This document shows, piece by piece, positions 37,191 through 51,089 of a DNA stretch of 64,000 nucleotides. The DNA lies in NCBI RefSeq assembly GCF_963921235.1, contig NC_086097.1, forward strand, positions 132,930,001 through 132,994,000. The letters are read 5' to 3'. Source of the stretch: Mobula hypostoma. Taxonomy: Eukaryota. The notes below the pieces were generated by a model. It worked only from the letters and a program-made list of their open reading frames with translations. It did not search any database and had not been told where the DNA came from. The translations under genes and the position numbers were made by a program. The first letter of the stretch is position 1, and each line of letters starts with the position of its first letter.

Positions 37191-40100
37191 TGCTAAAGAA
37201 CTGTTTAAAAGGCAACTATTCAAAAGGCAACACTTTATACAGAAATAACCAAGTATAACTGCATATGAAGACCATTGGAGCATCAATAAAATAAAAATCT
37301 TTTCTGGGTGACTGTAGAAATTGGCTGAATCTCACAGAACTACTGACATGCTGTACTGTACTGTAGTGTGTGATTAAAGCATTATTTAATGCCTAACATT
37401 CAGATAATGGAATAGAAAGGATTAAGTTGATCAGAATCTTACAGCTGATGTCTACGTACATTATAGGAGACAACATTTTCAAATTATCTTAAAATTACCA
37501 ATAATATTCTAAATTTCAAATAGATAGCAGTAATTTTCCCAGTGAGTAGTCCCCATTTGTTATAATAACCATTAGGTAGGAGTCATAGAAGCCTCAAGTC
37601 CCACACCAGCAGAATCAAGGACAGTTACATCTCTTTAACTATTCAGTTTTTGGACCAATTGGAAAAACCCTAATCATTACAGTTTAGCATCACTATAACC
37701 ACGTTCTATTAAAATGGACTTAGTGTTTTTTTAATCTAATTGTATACTTTTCTTGTAAAGCTTGTGCATATCTATGTTCAATTTATGTTTTTTTCTTTTT
37801 ATGCTGCTTATATGATGCCATATACTTTTGTATGGTGCTGCATGTAAATTTTTCATTTCACCTGTGCAGACATGTACTTGTGCATATGACACTAAACTTG
37901 GCTTTAACTGCAGCAGGACATTGTCTTAAGCTTTGTTTCCATAATTATCTCACTGGTTACATCATATGTTTTTCAGACTTTTGGTATCACTGACAAGCCC
38001 AGTATTTATTACCATCCGTAACTAGACTCGAACTGAGTGATTTGCTAGGTTCAGCAGGCATTAAATAGACAGATGGTGGACAGGGACTCATATTTAGGTT
38101 GCCCAGAAGAAGGCAAACAGATTTTATTTCTTGAAAGACATATGTGGACAGATGTTTTTTTTTTAACCCAAGGAAACTATTCTGATCCTTCATTACAAAT
38201 TAGCAAACTTCATTTAGACATGGCAGGTTTGAAGTCTGATCTCTTGATTGCTAGTTTGGATGTTTTAAAAATTGCACTACACCATATATCCATAGAGAAA
38301 CCTCCATGATTCCTGGCATTATACACAAGCCTCTGCCTAAATTGATTCTGGTCTTGATTAGAGTCTCTGATCAAGTTTCTTTCATTTTCCAACATGCTAG
38401 TACAAGTGGGGCAGAGCACGAGTACTTATCACATTTATCTGATGAATAATAAAGCTCATCTGAGCTTCAGATCTGCTTTAGAGTGGGCAAGATGTGGTTT
38501 CATCCAGTGCTGGGAAGGCCAGCACAGAAAACTGGACCAACCGAAAGAACTTCCGATTTCTGAGGGAAGGTGACGCAAGGATCCCCTGCCAGTGGCCTCG
38601 GGTTTACTGTATCTCCAGATATGACTTCTACAGAGAGCCCGCATAATTCAATTCATCTGCTTCACAATTTAATGAGTCTACACTGTAATACTTAATCCTA
38701 ACTTCTAGTTATGCTTCACAAAACAACTGTATAGCTACATGGTCTCTTGAAAAGCAACAAATTGGAGAAGCACATGTCATATATAGTTAAGGGAAGGTTG
38801 AACAATTTCCACTTTTGCTACTAACTACAAATTGAGACAGAAGATTAACTTGCCTTTATATAGCACCCTTCATGTCCCTTTTCAGAACAATAACATTGCC
38901 ATGCATTATTTTTTCCAGTATTAAACCAGAAATTCAGAAAATAATTGTGTTTATAAAGTGCCTTCCATGATGCACAAGTGCCTTGTGGATAAAGAAGTAC
39001 TTTTGAAGACTAGTGTTGGAAATTCAGGATTCCTTCAAACAGCATTGTACAGCACTGGGTGCAAAGCCTAGTGCCTTGTTCCCAAGTCTGAGTTGAGCTA
39101 ATGGGGTAGTGGAGGTATAATTTGTCCATCTGTGCTGATCACCCCATCCTTGACTAAGCTGTTCCACCGTGAACACGATCTGTTATGAGTCAACATGATG
39201 CTTTCAGATCAGGTCATGCATAGCACATACCTCCGCCACACTGCTCAGGTGTGTTTCTGGGGTACAGGGGCTAGTGACTCTTGTGCCTGTTATCGCTGAG
39301 CAGCAGTGAACCATCTGATTGGCCTATCAGAATTCTCGTTGGGAACTAGTTGACTTGATCAGCATTTCTGATCTGGCTATTGTTCACGATTGTACTTAAC
39401 AAAAAAAGAGCTTAAATTCTCATCATTTAGAGACATTCATGGGTCTGCTTTCTTACACGAAGACCTGTCTTCCAGTTTGAAGCTCCTTCTGTAGCTATGA
39501 ACCAATGCTACAACAGTGCTGTCCATTTTTTGGCATCATTATTGCTGGCCAAGTTTCATTCATGCACTGGTGGTTCTCTCGTATCATCCACAGTTACATT
39601 AAGGCAAGAATTGGGGTTTCAAGAGATTTAAGGAATAACTTTTCCACCCAGATGTTGGTTGGAACCTGAGACTCACTACCTGGGAATGGTGGGGACTTCA
39701 CCGCCAAAAATTAAGTTGTGCTCTTGAAACACCATGGTATAGAAGGCCATGGGCCAGCTGCTGGAAAATGGGAATTGTGTGCCTTTTCACCACCTCAGAA
39801 AAGCAGCCAATATAATCAATGATCCTCCCACCCTCTCATTCTCTCTTCTTCCTTTTTCCATCAAGCAGAAAATACAAAAGGCTGAGACCATAAGCCACCT
39901 GAAGGACAGTTTCTATCCCACTGTTATCAGACTCTTCAACGGCCCTCTCGTATGCTAAAAAATGAACTCCAAGACTCTTGATCTCCCAATCTACCTCCCC
40001 GTGTCCTTTCAACTTATTTGTTTTTCTGCACTACACATTTTATGCATATATATAAAAATTAAGGTTTTTCCACTGTATCTGGTTAATGTGACAATTATAA

Positions 40101-40333
40101 ACCAATTATCAATATGAAATACTTAACAGCAAGCATAGATACCAGTGCACAAGAAAACAGAGCAGGCCTCAGGAATGAATCCTGGCCTCTCAAGCCTGTT
40201 CCTCCATTCAACAGGATCATGCTGACCTGCCTTAGGCCTCAACCCCTTCACTGTGCCAAGTGAGTCACCAGAGAAAGTTGTAGGGGTTATTAAAATACAT
40301 TTGAATGGGTACCTGGATAGCACAGACTTAGAG

Positions 40334-40414
40334 CAGGAAGTTTCCAACTGTTTTTTTTGCCAGTGAGCCTTACCATTATCCAAGGGTGCATGGAGCCTAC
40401 GTTGGAAACCCCTG
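40334..40414. mobile_element. hAT micro-MITE (copy 2, opposite orientation)
   Basis: caggaagtttccaac...gttggaaacccctg; flanks acttagag/gtttagag; inserted in a CR1 tail. Confidence 0.7.
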
Positions 40415-42879
40415 GTTTAGAGGGATATAGGCCAAGTACAGGAAATTGCATTAGCTTAGATAGACAACTTGGTTGGCATGGACTTGTTGAGGTAAGGGGC
40501 CATTTTCCGTTCTGCTTAACTCTACGAATCTAAGTTTAAGCACGAGACAGAGCAGGATGTTCCAACTGCTTCTGCCCGTAATCCCATCAAGAAAAACCTC
40601 TGAACAGTTGGATTTGTATGCTCCTATCTTTTGATCATAATGCCACTCCAATAACAACAATGATAATAGTGAACCCTTAGACAATGGGACAATTGTACAG
40701 CCTGCAACCCCTTTATCCACAAAACTGTTTGGATTCAAGGGATATTCTGAAAAACTCATAGATTTAAACTCAGCAAGCAATTTAAATGTTAGTTCCATCT
40801 ATAATTCCATGGATTCTGCCTGGTCTGCTAAGTATTTCCAGCATTTTCCATTTTTGTTTAAGATTTCCAGCCTCTGCAGTTTATTTTTCATCTTCCTCCT
40901 GGAGTTACCAATGCTTATGGATACCCTGTGGATATGTCAGTGTTTGGGAGACCAGTGGGTTGGAAGGGGATGTGTGTGCCAGCTGCTGCAGGGCACCATT
41001 TTCTGCCAGTTGGGAATGTGGGAATGGGGCATTTCCATGTGCCTTCTCTATCCATTCTGCCACCACCTCCCCCCCGCCCCCCCGCTTCCCGCTTCATCTC
41101 CTGTAACAGTGAGGGACCTGGAAGAGCTGAGCAGAGCTGGAAGCACAGAGCAGAATAACTCGCTCACACACTGACTCACTGTGGCCAGCTGGTGGCTGTT
41201 CTTCCTGCACACTGTTTCTATTCATTTCCGGCAGTTCTTGAACATTTCAGGCTACAAGCAGTTCTCAGGAATAAACCCTGTCGTAACTTGTGACTCCCTG
41301 TACTATGCAAGCCAATCAATAAAAAAGCCATTTCCACTTTCCAAGTATTGTACAGCCTTCGAATGTTTAAACCATCTGCTCATTTTTTTTCCCTCCCAAA
41401 CCAGAGTTAAGAGTGTGACCAGTTGATATTTTTTCCCCAAGAAGTTAATTGCCAGGTGCAGTGCTGTATCCAAATTTTACAAGCATTATTTAATGATGAC
41501 AATTTTTTTAACAGTGAAGATGAAGATCTGGGTCTCCAAGACTCAGGACATTGATTGTGTCAGGCCTGCACGTGCAACTCCTCCCATTCCCCACCCAGCT
41601 AATAGAAGTCACTTGTCACTCATTTCTAACTCATCAGTACAGCCCACTTAAACCCAGCTCTCATCCACTGTCCTTGTTCACTCATCCAACTAGCCAGCCT
41701 CAACCACTTGCTCCTAGCTTTCAGTTACCTTATTGTGTTTAGCACCTGTTCGCTCTTGTTTTGAGGCTGCTCGTAGCTTGCTATTTTGCAGTTTATAATT
41801 AAAGATATTGTTCACTGATAAATCATCTCCCCTGCTCTGCTTTTGGGTCAAGCCTCCTCTACGTTTCCCAACGGGATGAATGAACCCTTGGTTGATCCAG
41901 AGGAGTATGATCATCCAAAGCAAGTTGTCCTCCAACATGAGTCCACCATGCAGGAACAGCAGGGGACCATTGACCATCATCTCAACCAACTCTCTGTCTC
42001 GATACTGCGGCCCCACGCCAGTCAAACTCCGCCTTCACAACCCTAGATTCCAGTGCCTGAGGGAGCTCCAACCCAATTCTGCAACTTCCTGCCCCAGTGC
42101 ATCTTATGCTTTGAGCTCCATCCACCACTGTGTTCAACAGACTTAGCCAAGATTGCCTTTGTCTGAGCGATCTTTCCCTTGACTGAGCGAGCTCTGACCT
42201 CTGCCGCCGCTAACTGGGGAATAAATGCACCATTTGCAATAAATATGAGTATATCACCACCGAGGTATGCTTGGCTTTCAGATACATGGGAAGTGGAAGG
42301 TAAGCAGCGGATCGGTTACTTCACCTGCGTCCTGGCTCCCGCTCAGTGCTGGATTATGCCATGGAATTCCAGACCCTCACGGTAGAGTGTAGTTGGAATG
42401 CGGAAGCACTGCTGGCATGTTGGAGTGTTTGAAGGAAGAGCTGTCTACCCGAAGGATGCCCACCGACCTCAGAAGCCTCATCACTCAGGCCCTCTGTATT
42501 GACAAGCATCTTATGGAATGACCCTTCACATCATCAGCCAGAACCCAATTCCATTCCTGCAGGACCCTCATCAACAGCACCTCCAGAACCCATGCAGTTG
42601 GGGAGAGCTCTCTTAAAACCCCCAAAATTATGAGCGTCAATGGAGAACCAGCTTGTTTCTGAGGAGCAGTCAATCACCCATGTATCAAATAAGACCCATA
42701 AAACAAAAGAGCAGAATTAGGCCACTTGGGTCTGCTCCGCCATTCCATCATGGCTGATTTATTATCCCTCTCAACCTCATTCTCCTGCCTTCTCCCCGTA
42801 ACATTTGGCACCCTGACTAATCAAGAACCTATCAACTTCCACTTTAAATATATTGAATGACTTGGCCTCCACAGCTGTA

Positions 42880-45625
42880 CTGTCTAGGTACCACATCCGA
42901 TGCGGACGTTGGTGACCATAGTTTTCCATATAGATCTACCCCTCGTTCTTTGGATGACTTCCATTTCCTCGATGTGTAGCCACCTGGCTAGGCTTTTGAT
43001 GTACATATGCCAAGGCCTTCCTCTAGGTTTGCTCCCCTCAATCTTTCCAGAGAGTATGAGTTTTTCCAGTTCATCTTTCCGCATGATGTGTCCTAGGAAT
43101 CTGAGTTGTCTTTCTCTTATTGTTGGTATGAGTGATCGAACTGCTTGGGCTCTTCTGAGAACTTCTTCATTTGACGTGTGTGTGATCCATGATATTTTTA
43201 ACATTCTCCTGTAGAACCATAATTCAGCTGCTTCTAGTCTCTTTTCTATTACTGGGGAAATGGTCCAGCATTCACTTCCATAAGTCAGGATAGAATAAAT
43301 GTAGCACTGCATTATTCTGTTTTTAGTGTACATGCTCATCTTTTTGTCCGTTAATATGGTCTTCATTTTTTGGAAAGCTTCTTTCGCCATTGCTATTCTG
43401 TATTTGATATCTGTGTCGCACCTGCCATCACTTGTTATTAGGCTGCCAAGATAACTGAATTTGTTGACTTGTTTGATGTTTGTATTTCCAATCTTGATCA
43501 CACATTGTGGGATATTTGTCTCTCTGGAGATGACCATGCTTTCTGTCTTCTTGTGTTGACTGAGAGGCCTCTGCGATTACTTTCTGCTGCCTCTATAGTG
43601 AGTAGTTCTTGAAGTTTTGTTTCTGAGTCAACTATTAGTACGATGTCATCAGCATATCTGATGTTATTTACATTATGGCCTCCAACTGTGAATCCTTTGA
43701 TGTCTTTGATACTTCTCAAGATATTTTCACTATACAGGTTGAATAAGTCTGGTGAAAAGACACAACCTTGCCTGACTCCTCTCATGATATTCACATACTC
43801 ACTCACTTCTCCTTCTATTCTGATGGATGCTGACTGGTCCCAGTATAAGTTTCTTAAGAAACGTATATCTTTCCCATCTATGTCAGGTTCTTGAAGCATT
43901 TCCAGAAGATCTTGGTGTCTGAAGGTGTCAAAAGCTTTTGTACAGTTGATGAAACATAGGTAGGTGTGTTTTTGTACCTGGATGGCTCATTCACAGATCA
44001 TCTGTAGCATAAAAATTGCATTTCTGGTTCCAGCGTTTTCCACAAAACCGTATGGTTCTTTACTGATTTCTGGTTTTATACAGCGTCTTGCTCTCATCAT
44101 GATTACATTGAGAATAATTTTTGCCACGTGGCTCATCAGGCTTATTGTACGATGCAACTCACATTCTGTTGCTCCCTCTTTCTTTGGAAGTGTGATGAAC
44201 ACTGATTTACTTAAATCATCAGGTATGTCCCCATGATCATAGATTTCATTTGCTATTTCTTTTATTTTCTCTATTCCAAAGTCTTCTAAGGCCAGTTTCA
44301 TCTCAACAGCGATGTTGTCTGGACCAGTTGCTCTGTTATGTTTTGTTTCATTTATGGCTGCTCGAATTTCTCATTTTAGAATGCTAGGTCCTTCAAGATT
44401 CTTCTTTATGTTTGGTTTTTCTCCTCTTTGGTCTTCAAAAAGTTCTTTTATATATTCTGTCCATCTGTTTAGGATTTCCTTTTTGCTCACAATTAAGTTG
44501 CCGTCCTTTGCCTTGATGCATCCACTTGCTGAGCAAGGTAATTTCCCCGTTGGTTCTTTAATCTTACTGTGCATCAACTTTGTTCCAGGGTTATGGGTTT
44601 GTAGCATTTTTATCTCTGAGCACTTCTCATTTAGCCATCTGTTTTTAGTTTCTCTGCATTTTCTTTTTATTGTCTTATCAAGTTGTTTGTATTCTTCACT
44701 GTCTCTTGATTTGATGGTCTGTTTTTGTTGCATCAATTGTATTATATCTTCAGTGATCCATTTCTTACTTTTCCATTCTTTTGATGGGATAGTTTCTTTT
44801 GCAGTTTCAACCATGGATTCCTTCAGTATGTCCCAGGAAGGTTTGCCTCCTTCATCCTGCGACAATTGAAAACGGTTTATCACCTTGATTGTGTATTCTG
44901 TTTTCAGATGAGGGTTATTTTGTAGTTGTTGATGATCCAGTGGTTCTGATCTTTTTGGTTTCTTTAATTTTCTCATCTTCATTTTCATTTTGCAAATGAC
45001 TGGTATGTGGTCACTTCCACAGTCTGCTCCAGGGTAGCTTTTAGATTGAGTTATCCAGTTTTTGAATCCGTTATTGATTGTTATGTAGTTCCCATCTGGG
45101 CTTCTCCATGTCTATTTCCTTCTTGGATGTTGTTTAAACCAAGTGTTGGTGATTATCTGATTGTTTGTTTTACACCATGCTATAAGCTTTTCTCTTCTTT
45201 CATTTCTTTCTCCAAATCCCTGGTATCCAACAATATGGTCTTCTCTTCCCTCACCAACTTTTGCATTGAGGTCACTCATGACTATGATGGCTTCTTGTGA
45301 TTTGCATTCTTCTAGTACTTTGTCTAGGGAGTGGTAGAAGGCATCAATATCTTCCTCTGAACTTGCTATTGTGGGTGCATATATTTGGATGATAAAGATG
45401 TTGTTTTGTTGTCCTTTTAGTTTGATTAGCATCATGTTGTCTGAGATATGCCAGTATCCTAGCAGGCTCTTGGATGTTTCTTTGTCTAAGATGATTGCAA
45501 CACCCTTTTCATGTTTATCTCCACCAGAGTATATCATCCTGTAGTCATCTGATTGGAATACTCCAGTGCCTTTCCATCTTATTTCACTGTGGCCTAGGAT
45601 GCTGACTTCTAGCCTCTTCATTTCT
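42880..45625 (-). mobile_element. RTE-clade LINE (APE + RT), few lesions
   Basis: Successive ORFs 45112-45726 (ILGHSEIRWKG, HEKGVAII, IIQIYAPT, MSDLNAKVG, TNTWF), 43987-44301 (LPKK..C..HRTISLMSH..K, GTRNAIF), 43498-43899 ([21 protein letters not shown]) and 42884-43537 (FSYLGS, LTYGSECW, QLRFLGHIMRK, GSKPRGRP). Confidence 0.93.
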
Positions 45626-45680
45626 AACATTGCATTTGCCTTCCTCACCACCAACTCAACCTGCAAGTAATCCTTTAAAT

Positions 45681-45763
45681 CAGGGGTTCCCAAACTGGGG
45701 TCCACGGACACCTTACTTAATGGCATTGATCCTGGACATTAAAAAAAAGATTGGGAACCCCTG
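45681..45763. mobile_element. hAT micro-MITE (copy 3)
   Basis: TIR caggggttcccaa...ttgggaacccctg, 13 bp perfect. Confidence 0.75.
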
Positions 45764-48700
45764 CTCCAGAGAATCATAGAACCATAGAACACTACAGCAC
45801 AGAAAACGGGCCATTCGGCCCTTCTAGTCTGTGCCAAAACTTTATTCCGCTAGTCCCATTGACCCACACCCAATCCACAACCCTCCAGACCTCTCCCATC
45901 CATGTATCTATCCAATTTGTTCTTAAAACCTAAGAGCGAGCCTGCATTTACCACACTCGTGGTACACTCCCACCACTCTCTGAGTGAAGAAGTTCCCCCT
46001 AAATCTTTCCCCTTTCACCCTAAAGCCATGTCCTCTCGTGTTTATCTCTCCTAATCTAAGTGGAAAGAATCCTGCACAAAGATTCCCGAGTCCTTTTGCA
46101 CTTCATGCAAATGGCCACTGTGTCTGAGAAATGGCACAACCACGTAGAGGAGCCTTCTCTCTGGCAAGCTCCCCCAACCCCTCAATCCAGCACTATAGTC
46201 AGACTCACTCTCCACACCCCAATGGCTCTGTGCGCACGGGAGACTCTGATGGACTCCAGCGCCGCCCGCAACTTTCTGGACCAGGATCTGTGTGTGCAGC
46301 TTGGACTCCTACCAAGCCTATCTCTTACTTCTTCATCATAGCCATTGATGGACATCGCTTGGGGTCTGGGATGGTCAGAGCGTGCCCACAGCCTCTGCTT
46401 CAGACCACCATGAGTCCATCCAATTCCTCCTGATTGACTCACCCAACACTCTTCTCACCTAAGGTTACCCCTGGCTCTCAACTCACATCGCTCATTTCAT
46501 GTGGTCACCCCACTCACTGCCTAATTGGGGGCCCACCTGCCTGCAACTTCAGTTGACTTCACCCTGTGAGATAGAGATGGAGGAAATCTTCGACATCAAC
46601 AAACTCCCACAGGAATACCACAACCTAGCCATTGCCTTCAGTAAAAGGGAAAGACAGAACCCTGCTTCCTACAGCCTACACGACTGCACGATCGACCTCC
46701 ACCTGGGCACCACACCTCCTTGATGTTGTCTGCACTCCCTCTCCCCTCCTGAGATGCAAGCCATGAATGAACACATCGCTGAGGCACTACACCACAGCTT
46801 CATTCGAACATCACAGTCCGTATCCAGTGCAGGACGCTTCTTTGTCTAAGAGAAAGATGTGGGTCTTCTTCTCCTGTATTGACTACCATGGACTCAACAA
46901 TATCACCATATAAGAACCGATACCCTCTCACTTGATGGATAACAGATTCAAGACATGCTAGTGGGACCAGATCTTCATGAAACTGCATATATCCTGATCT
47001 ACATCCTCCAGGGAGGTGAGTGGAAGACAGCGATCATAGCACCCACTGGCAACTATAAATGCTTGGTGATGCCTTTCAGACTTTCCAACAGTCCAACAGT
47101 TTTCTAAGCCTTCATTAATGAGACCCTCTGAGACATGCAACACAAGTATGTGTTCATCTACCTCAACGACATCCTCATCTTCTCCAAGAAACCCCAAGAC
47201 CACGTCTGTCACATCATTCAGTCCTTCAGCATCTCCTTAAAAACAAACTGTATGACAAGTTAGAAAAATGCCAGTTCCACACCCCAGCCATTTCCTTCCT
47301 GTGAAATATCCATAACCATGGGCACAGAGAAAGTGCATATCATCATTGAATGGCCACAAACAGATGTGGTGCTTCTTCAGCTTCCACAACTTCTACTGCT
47401 GATCAGAAGCAGCTGCCAAATCACCAGTTCTCTCACCTACCCCACAGGTAACCTGGCCTGCTGCCGTAGACCACACTTTCAAAGAGCTCAAGAAGTGCTT
47501 CACCACCCCTCCCAATCTCTGCCATCCAAGCCCCTCCAGACACCTTGTGATAGAGACGGACACATCAGACATGGGAGCCAGGGCCATCTACTCCAGGCGA
47601 GAAATGTCCTGGATGACATACCATTGTGCCTCCTCCTTGCATAAGTTCAAATCTACAGAATGCCATTGTGGAGTAGGAAACAGGGAGCTACTCTCCATTT
47701 AATGAGCCTTGGAGGAATGGAGACTTTGGCTGATGGGAACACTGGGCCCTTCTGATCTGGACTGATAGCCAGAACCTGCCAATAGACCTGCCAACTCAAC
47801 CCACATCAAGCTTGCTTGGCCCTCTTCTTCAAGCAATTCAACTTCACCATCTCCTACTGACCCGGTTCCAAGTACACTAAGGCAGACACCCCATCATGAC
47901 AGCTCGACCCAGTTGAAACAGGGATCATTCCATCCTCTCAGATCCTCACCCTGGAAACCAGATACGCCAGACCCTACAGCAGGTGCACGCTCGGGCTGAC
48001 ACACCTGACATCCACATATACATGTTGGCAGCCATGCACTTTGAGGTCATCCAGTTACGCACTCCTCACCCTTCTCTGGCCATCCAGGCACACAACAGAC
48101 TCTGGATTTTCTGCAATTCCTGTTCCGGTGGCCTGCGATGATTACAGATGAATGTCTGTTCATTGCTCTCTGCCTTTAATGTGCCCAGTCCAATTTCCCC
48201 AACCAGCAGCCCTCTGGGCTCCTACGGCCCCTACCAATCCCTTGACACCCGTGGTCCTACAACACCATGAATTTCATCACAGTTTTCCACATTTCACTGG
48301 GGCCTCAGTGGTCATGAGAGTGGCAGACGAACTCTCCAAGGTGGCCCAAATCATTGCCCCTCCCAAACTTACGTCAGCCACTGAGATAGTGGCCCTGATT
48401 CTCTAATAGGCAGATTACCTCCACTGCTTCACTCAGGTCATTATGTCGGACTGGGGTCCACAATTCGTCTCCCACTTCCGGTGAGTCTTCTCCCTCCTCC
48501 ACATCTCAGTGAGGTTGTCCTCCGGCCATCATCCACAGACCAACAGTCAGTCAGAAAGAGACAATCAGCCAGTGGAGTTTTTACGATGCTTCACCACCTC
48601 CAGATCGAAAAGGTATCTGCCCTGGGCTGAGCTGTCCCATGATCTGCACACTTCCTCTGCCAGAGGTACGCAACCTTTTAAGGTGCTTCTTGGTTACCGA

Positions 48701-49254
48701 TCCCCGTTGTAACCTGCGGAGGGCAGTCCACCAGGGCTCTGATTCACCCATGCCAGAATGCTTGGAAGAGGACGTGGAGAGCCACTGTTTCACTGGGCAG
48801 AGAATTCCACAGATTCACCACTCTCTGGGTAAAGCAGTTCCTCCTCATCTCCGACCTAAGTCTACTCGCCCAAATTTTGAGGCTGTCAGAATGAACTGCA
48901 TGAACAAACATGAAGTTTTCTGATGTCAGAAACAAGTGACAAGCTAAGCATACGTCAAACACACATACAGTGGTAACTTGCTTTTAACACATGCTTATCA
49001 CTAGTCCAAAACATGTCAAAATAATTTTGCTACACTCCAAATCTGTTGAAGGACACTTATTCCAAAAAAGAATTCTTATAATATTAGTTATTATCATTCA
49101 CAATAATTATGCTGGGCAACATGATGTCGAGGAACAGGGAAGGTAAGAGCTCTTCATGCGACATTTTATTGGAGGTGGATCATTGTTTCATCTGAAGCGC
49201 CGTAGACTGAGCAGAGACCTGACAGGTGTATACGATTTTGCGAGGTATAGCTAG

Positions 49255-49512
49255 AGTAGGAAAGGTACGTCGCAACCAGTTTCTCCGGTTAGTGGACGAT
49301 TTCCCTCCACGCCTCTCTGACGTAGAGGGGAACCGCATACAAGGCAAGTTACAGCAGTGGTTTGTCATTGTCTTCTGCCGGGTGAGTTTCCAAAGGGATC
49401 ACCAGCTCGTAACCCAGCATGGATGGAAAGCGTGCAGGAGAGCCGGTTGGATTTGAACTTAGGACCCTTCATCCTGAAGTCCGGCACTGATGCCACTACG
49501 CCACCAGCCGGG
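49255..49512 (-). mobile_element. tRNA-derived SINE with RTE-like tail (copy 3)
   Basis: Near full-length reverse complement of 1626-1880; spurious ORFs in both copies read GDLF/GDPFGNSPGRRQ. Confidence 0.85.
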
Positions 49513-49889
49513 TCATAGATAGAGCAGACACTCAAAATTATTGTTCTACTGGGGTTGAAATTGATAATACTAGAGAGCAAAGCTTTAAGATGAGAGGGCA
49601 AAGTTTACTAGGGATGTGCAGGGTGAGTTTTCTTTAAGCACAAAGAGTGATAGGAGCCGGGAACAGGCAGCCAGAGGTGGTCGTGGAAACTGACATGATA
49701 CTGTAGTGTTGTTCTAAAGTCTTTCAGGTAGATACATAAATATGCAGTGAGTGGAGGGATATGGATCATACACAGGCAGAAGGGATCATTTAAATCTGGC
49801 AACGTGCTCTGTACAGACATGAAGGGCCTGCTGTCCTTCTGCTGTCCTGGAAGTTTCCATGTTCTAGGTCCATGAAAGAAGGAGACAAA

Positions 49890-50020
49890 CCACAGAGACA
49901 CAGAAAAAACAGATTGGGGGGGGAGTAAAGAAAAGGGAGGGAGAGGGAGAGAGGGGGAGAGGGGGGAGGTGAGGGGGAGAGGGAGAGAAAAAAAGAGGAA
50001 GAGGAAAAAAAGAGGAATTA
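49890..50020. repeat. Polypurine low-complexity tract
   Basis: Nearly pure G/A run (gagagggagagagggggagaggggg...). Confidence 0.8.
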
Positions 50021-51089
50021 GCTTCAGAGCTTTGGACCCAAGCAACAAAAGAGAGGCAGGTGCACGAGTCTTACACCTTTGGGCCTGGGGAACTGAAGAG
50101 AGAATCAGACAAGGAGTGGAGAGACAGGCATAAGTGATCAGAGTACGAGGGAGCATGAGTTTCAAAACAGAATGCTAGTGGGATGATGGAAGTGGAATAT
50201 TCCGAAGGGCCAGAGGTAATAGTATTTATAGCATTGGAGGAGGTTGACAGGAAATTACAAAAGAATAAGCATAGATTATGAAAAATACCTTCCAGCCCTG
50301 GCTTATCTTGGTTTCTGTTTGTACCACTGCTGCTTGGCAAGGCTACACCAACATCTTGCAATCACTGGCACGTGTACAAGAATGCCACTGTCTTTGGTTC
50401 CATGGCTTCCTGACTCAGAATATACGGTCATTCCTTCCCTGTCACTGAACCAACATCCTAAAACTTCCCACTGCTGGAGTCTTTTCTCCACAGCTTCTAC
50501 ATGGATTTGAGGAGGCATCGCTGAACCATTGTCAAGGGCAAGTTGAGATGGGCAATGAATGACAGCCTTGCCAATGGTAGCTGGTACCAAGGAAAAACTT
50601 TTCATTCAACTGTACGTTTGTAGGCTGCACAGTATTTCAGAACTCCAATACTTGACTCAGCATTACTCTTCTTACTAAAATATTAAAAGTCCCTTTCACT
50701 GTTCCAGTCCGAGAATGATCACAATGAAATTCCTCATATCTAGTACCATTCATGACCATAAGACATAGGAGCAGAATTAGGCCATTCAGCCCATCAAGTC
50801 TGCTCTGATATTCCATCATGGTTGATCCCGGATCCTACCCAACCCCATGCACCTGCTTCGATGTACAGGTGACAAATAAAGCTAATCTCATTCTTCTTCT
50901 TAATCTTCTTACTGAAGCAGCTTGCATTAACCTGGTGAATGCAACTTGTAGTGTGGTGATAAATGATAAATTATAACCCTGGTCTTGCTTGAAATATGAT
51001 CACAGCCGAACTAAGGCCTCAGGTTCACCTGTCAAACCAATCTATATAACTCCCGTTTCCTGTCACATCCAACAATTTATCACAGCCTT

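Larger units (their letters stand above)
41558..48760 (+). mobile_element. Ty3/Gypsy (Sushi-like) LTR retrotransposon, decayed, with nested insertions
   Basis: 5' LTR about 41558-41872 (TGTCAGG.., ATTAAA); gag AKIAF and PEPMQLGRA (about 42582); protease LMDSSAARNFLD (about 46245); RT DCTIDL, KNRYPL, LVMPFRLSNSP, YVFIYLNDILIFS; RNase H IETDTSDMGA; integrase GHPG, LSSGHHPQTNSQSERDNQ, LPWAELSH; no 3' LTR seen. Confidence 0.88.

Noticed and set aside
42900..45300. Plus-strand ORFs 42900-43214, 43643-43894, 44312-44869 and similar
   Set aside because: Antisense shadows of the RTE coding frame.
41876..48712. Domesticated PEG10/RTL1-like gene
   Set aside because: Many stops and frameshifts, mutated catalytic motif and nested insertions; it is a dead retrotransposon.
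49608..50165. 185-aa minus-strand ORF
   Set aside because: Runs through a polypurine tract and a CR1 tail; low-complexity artefact.
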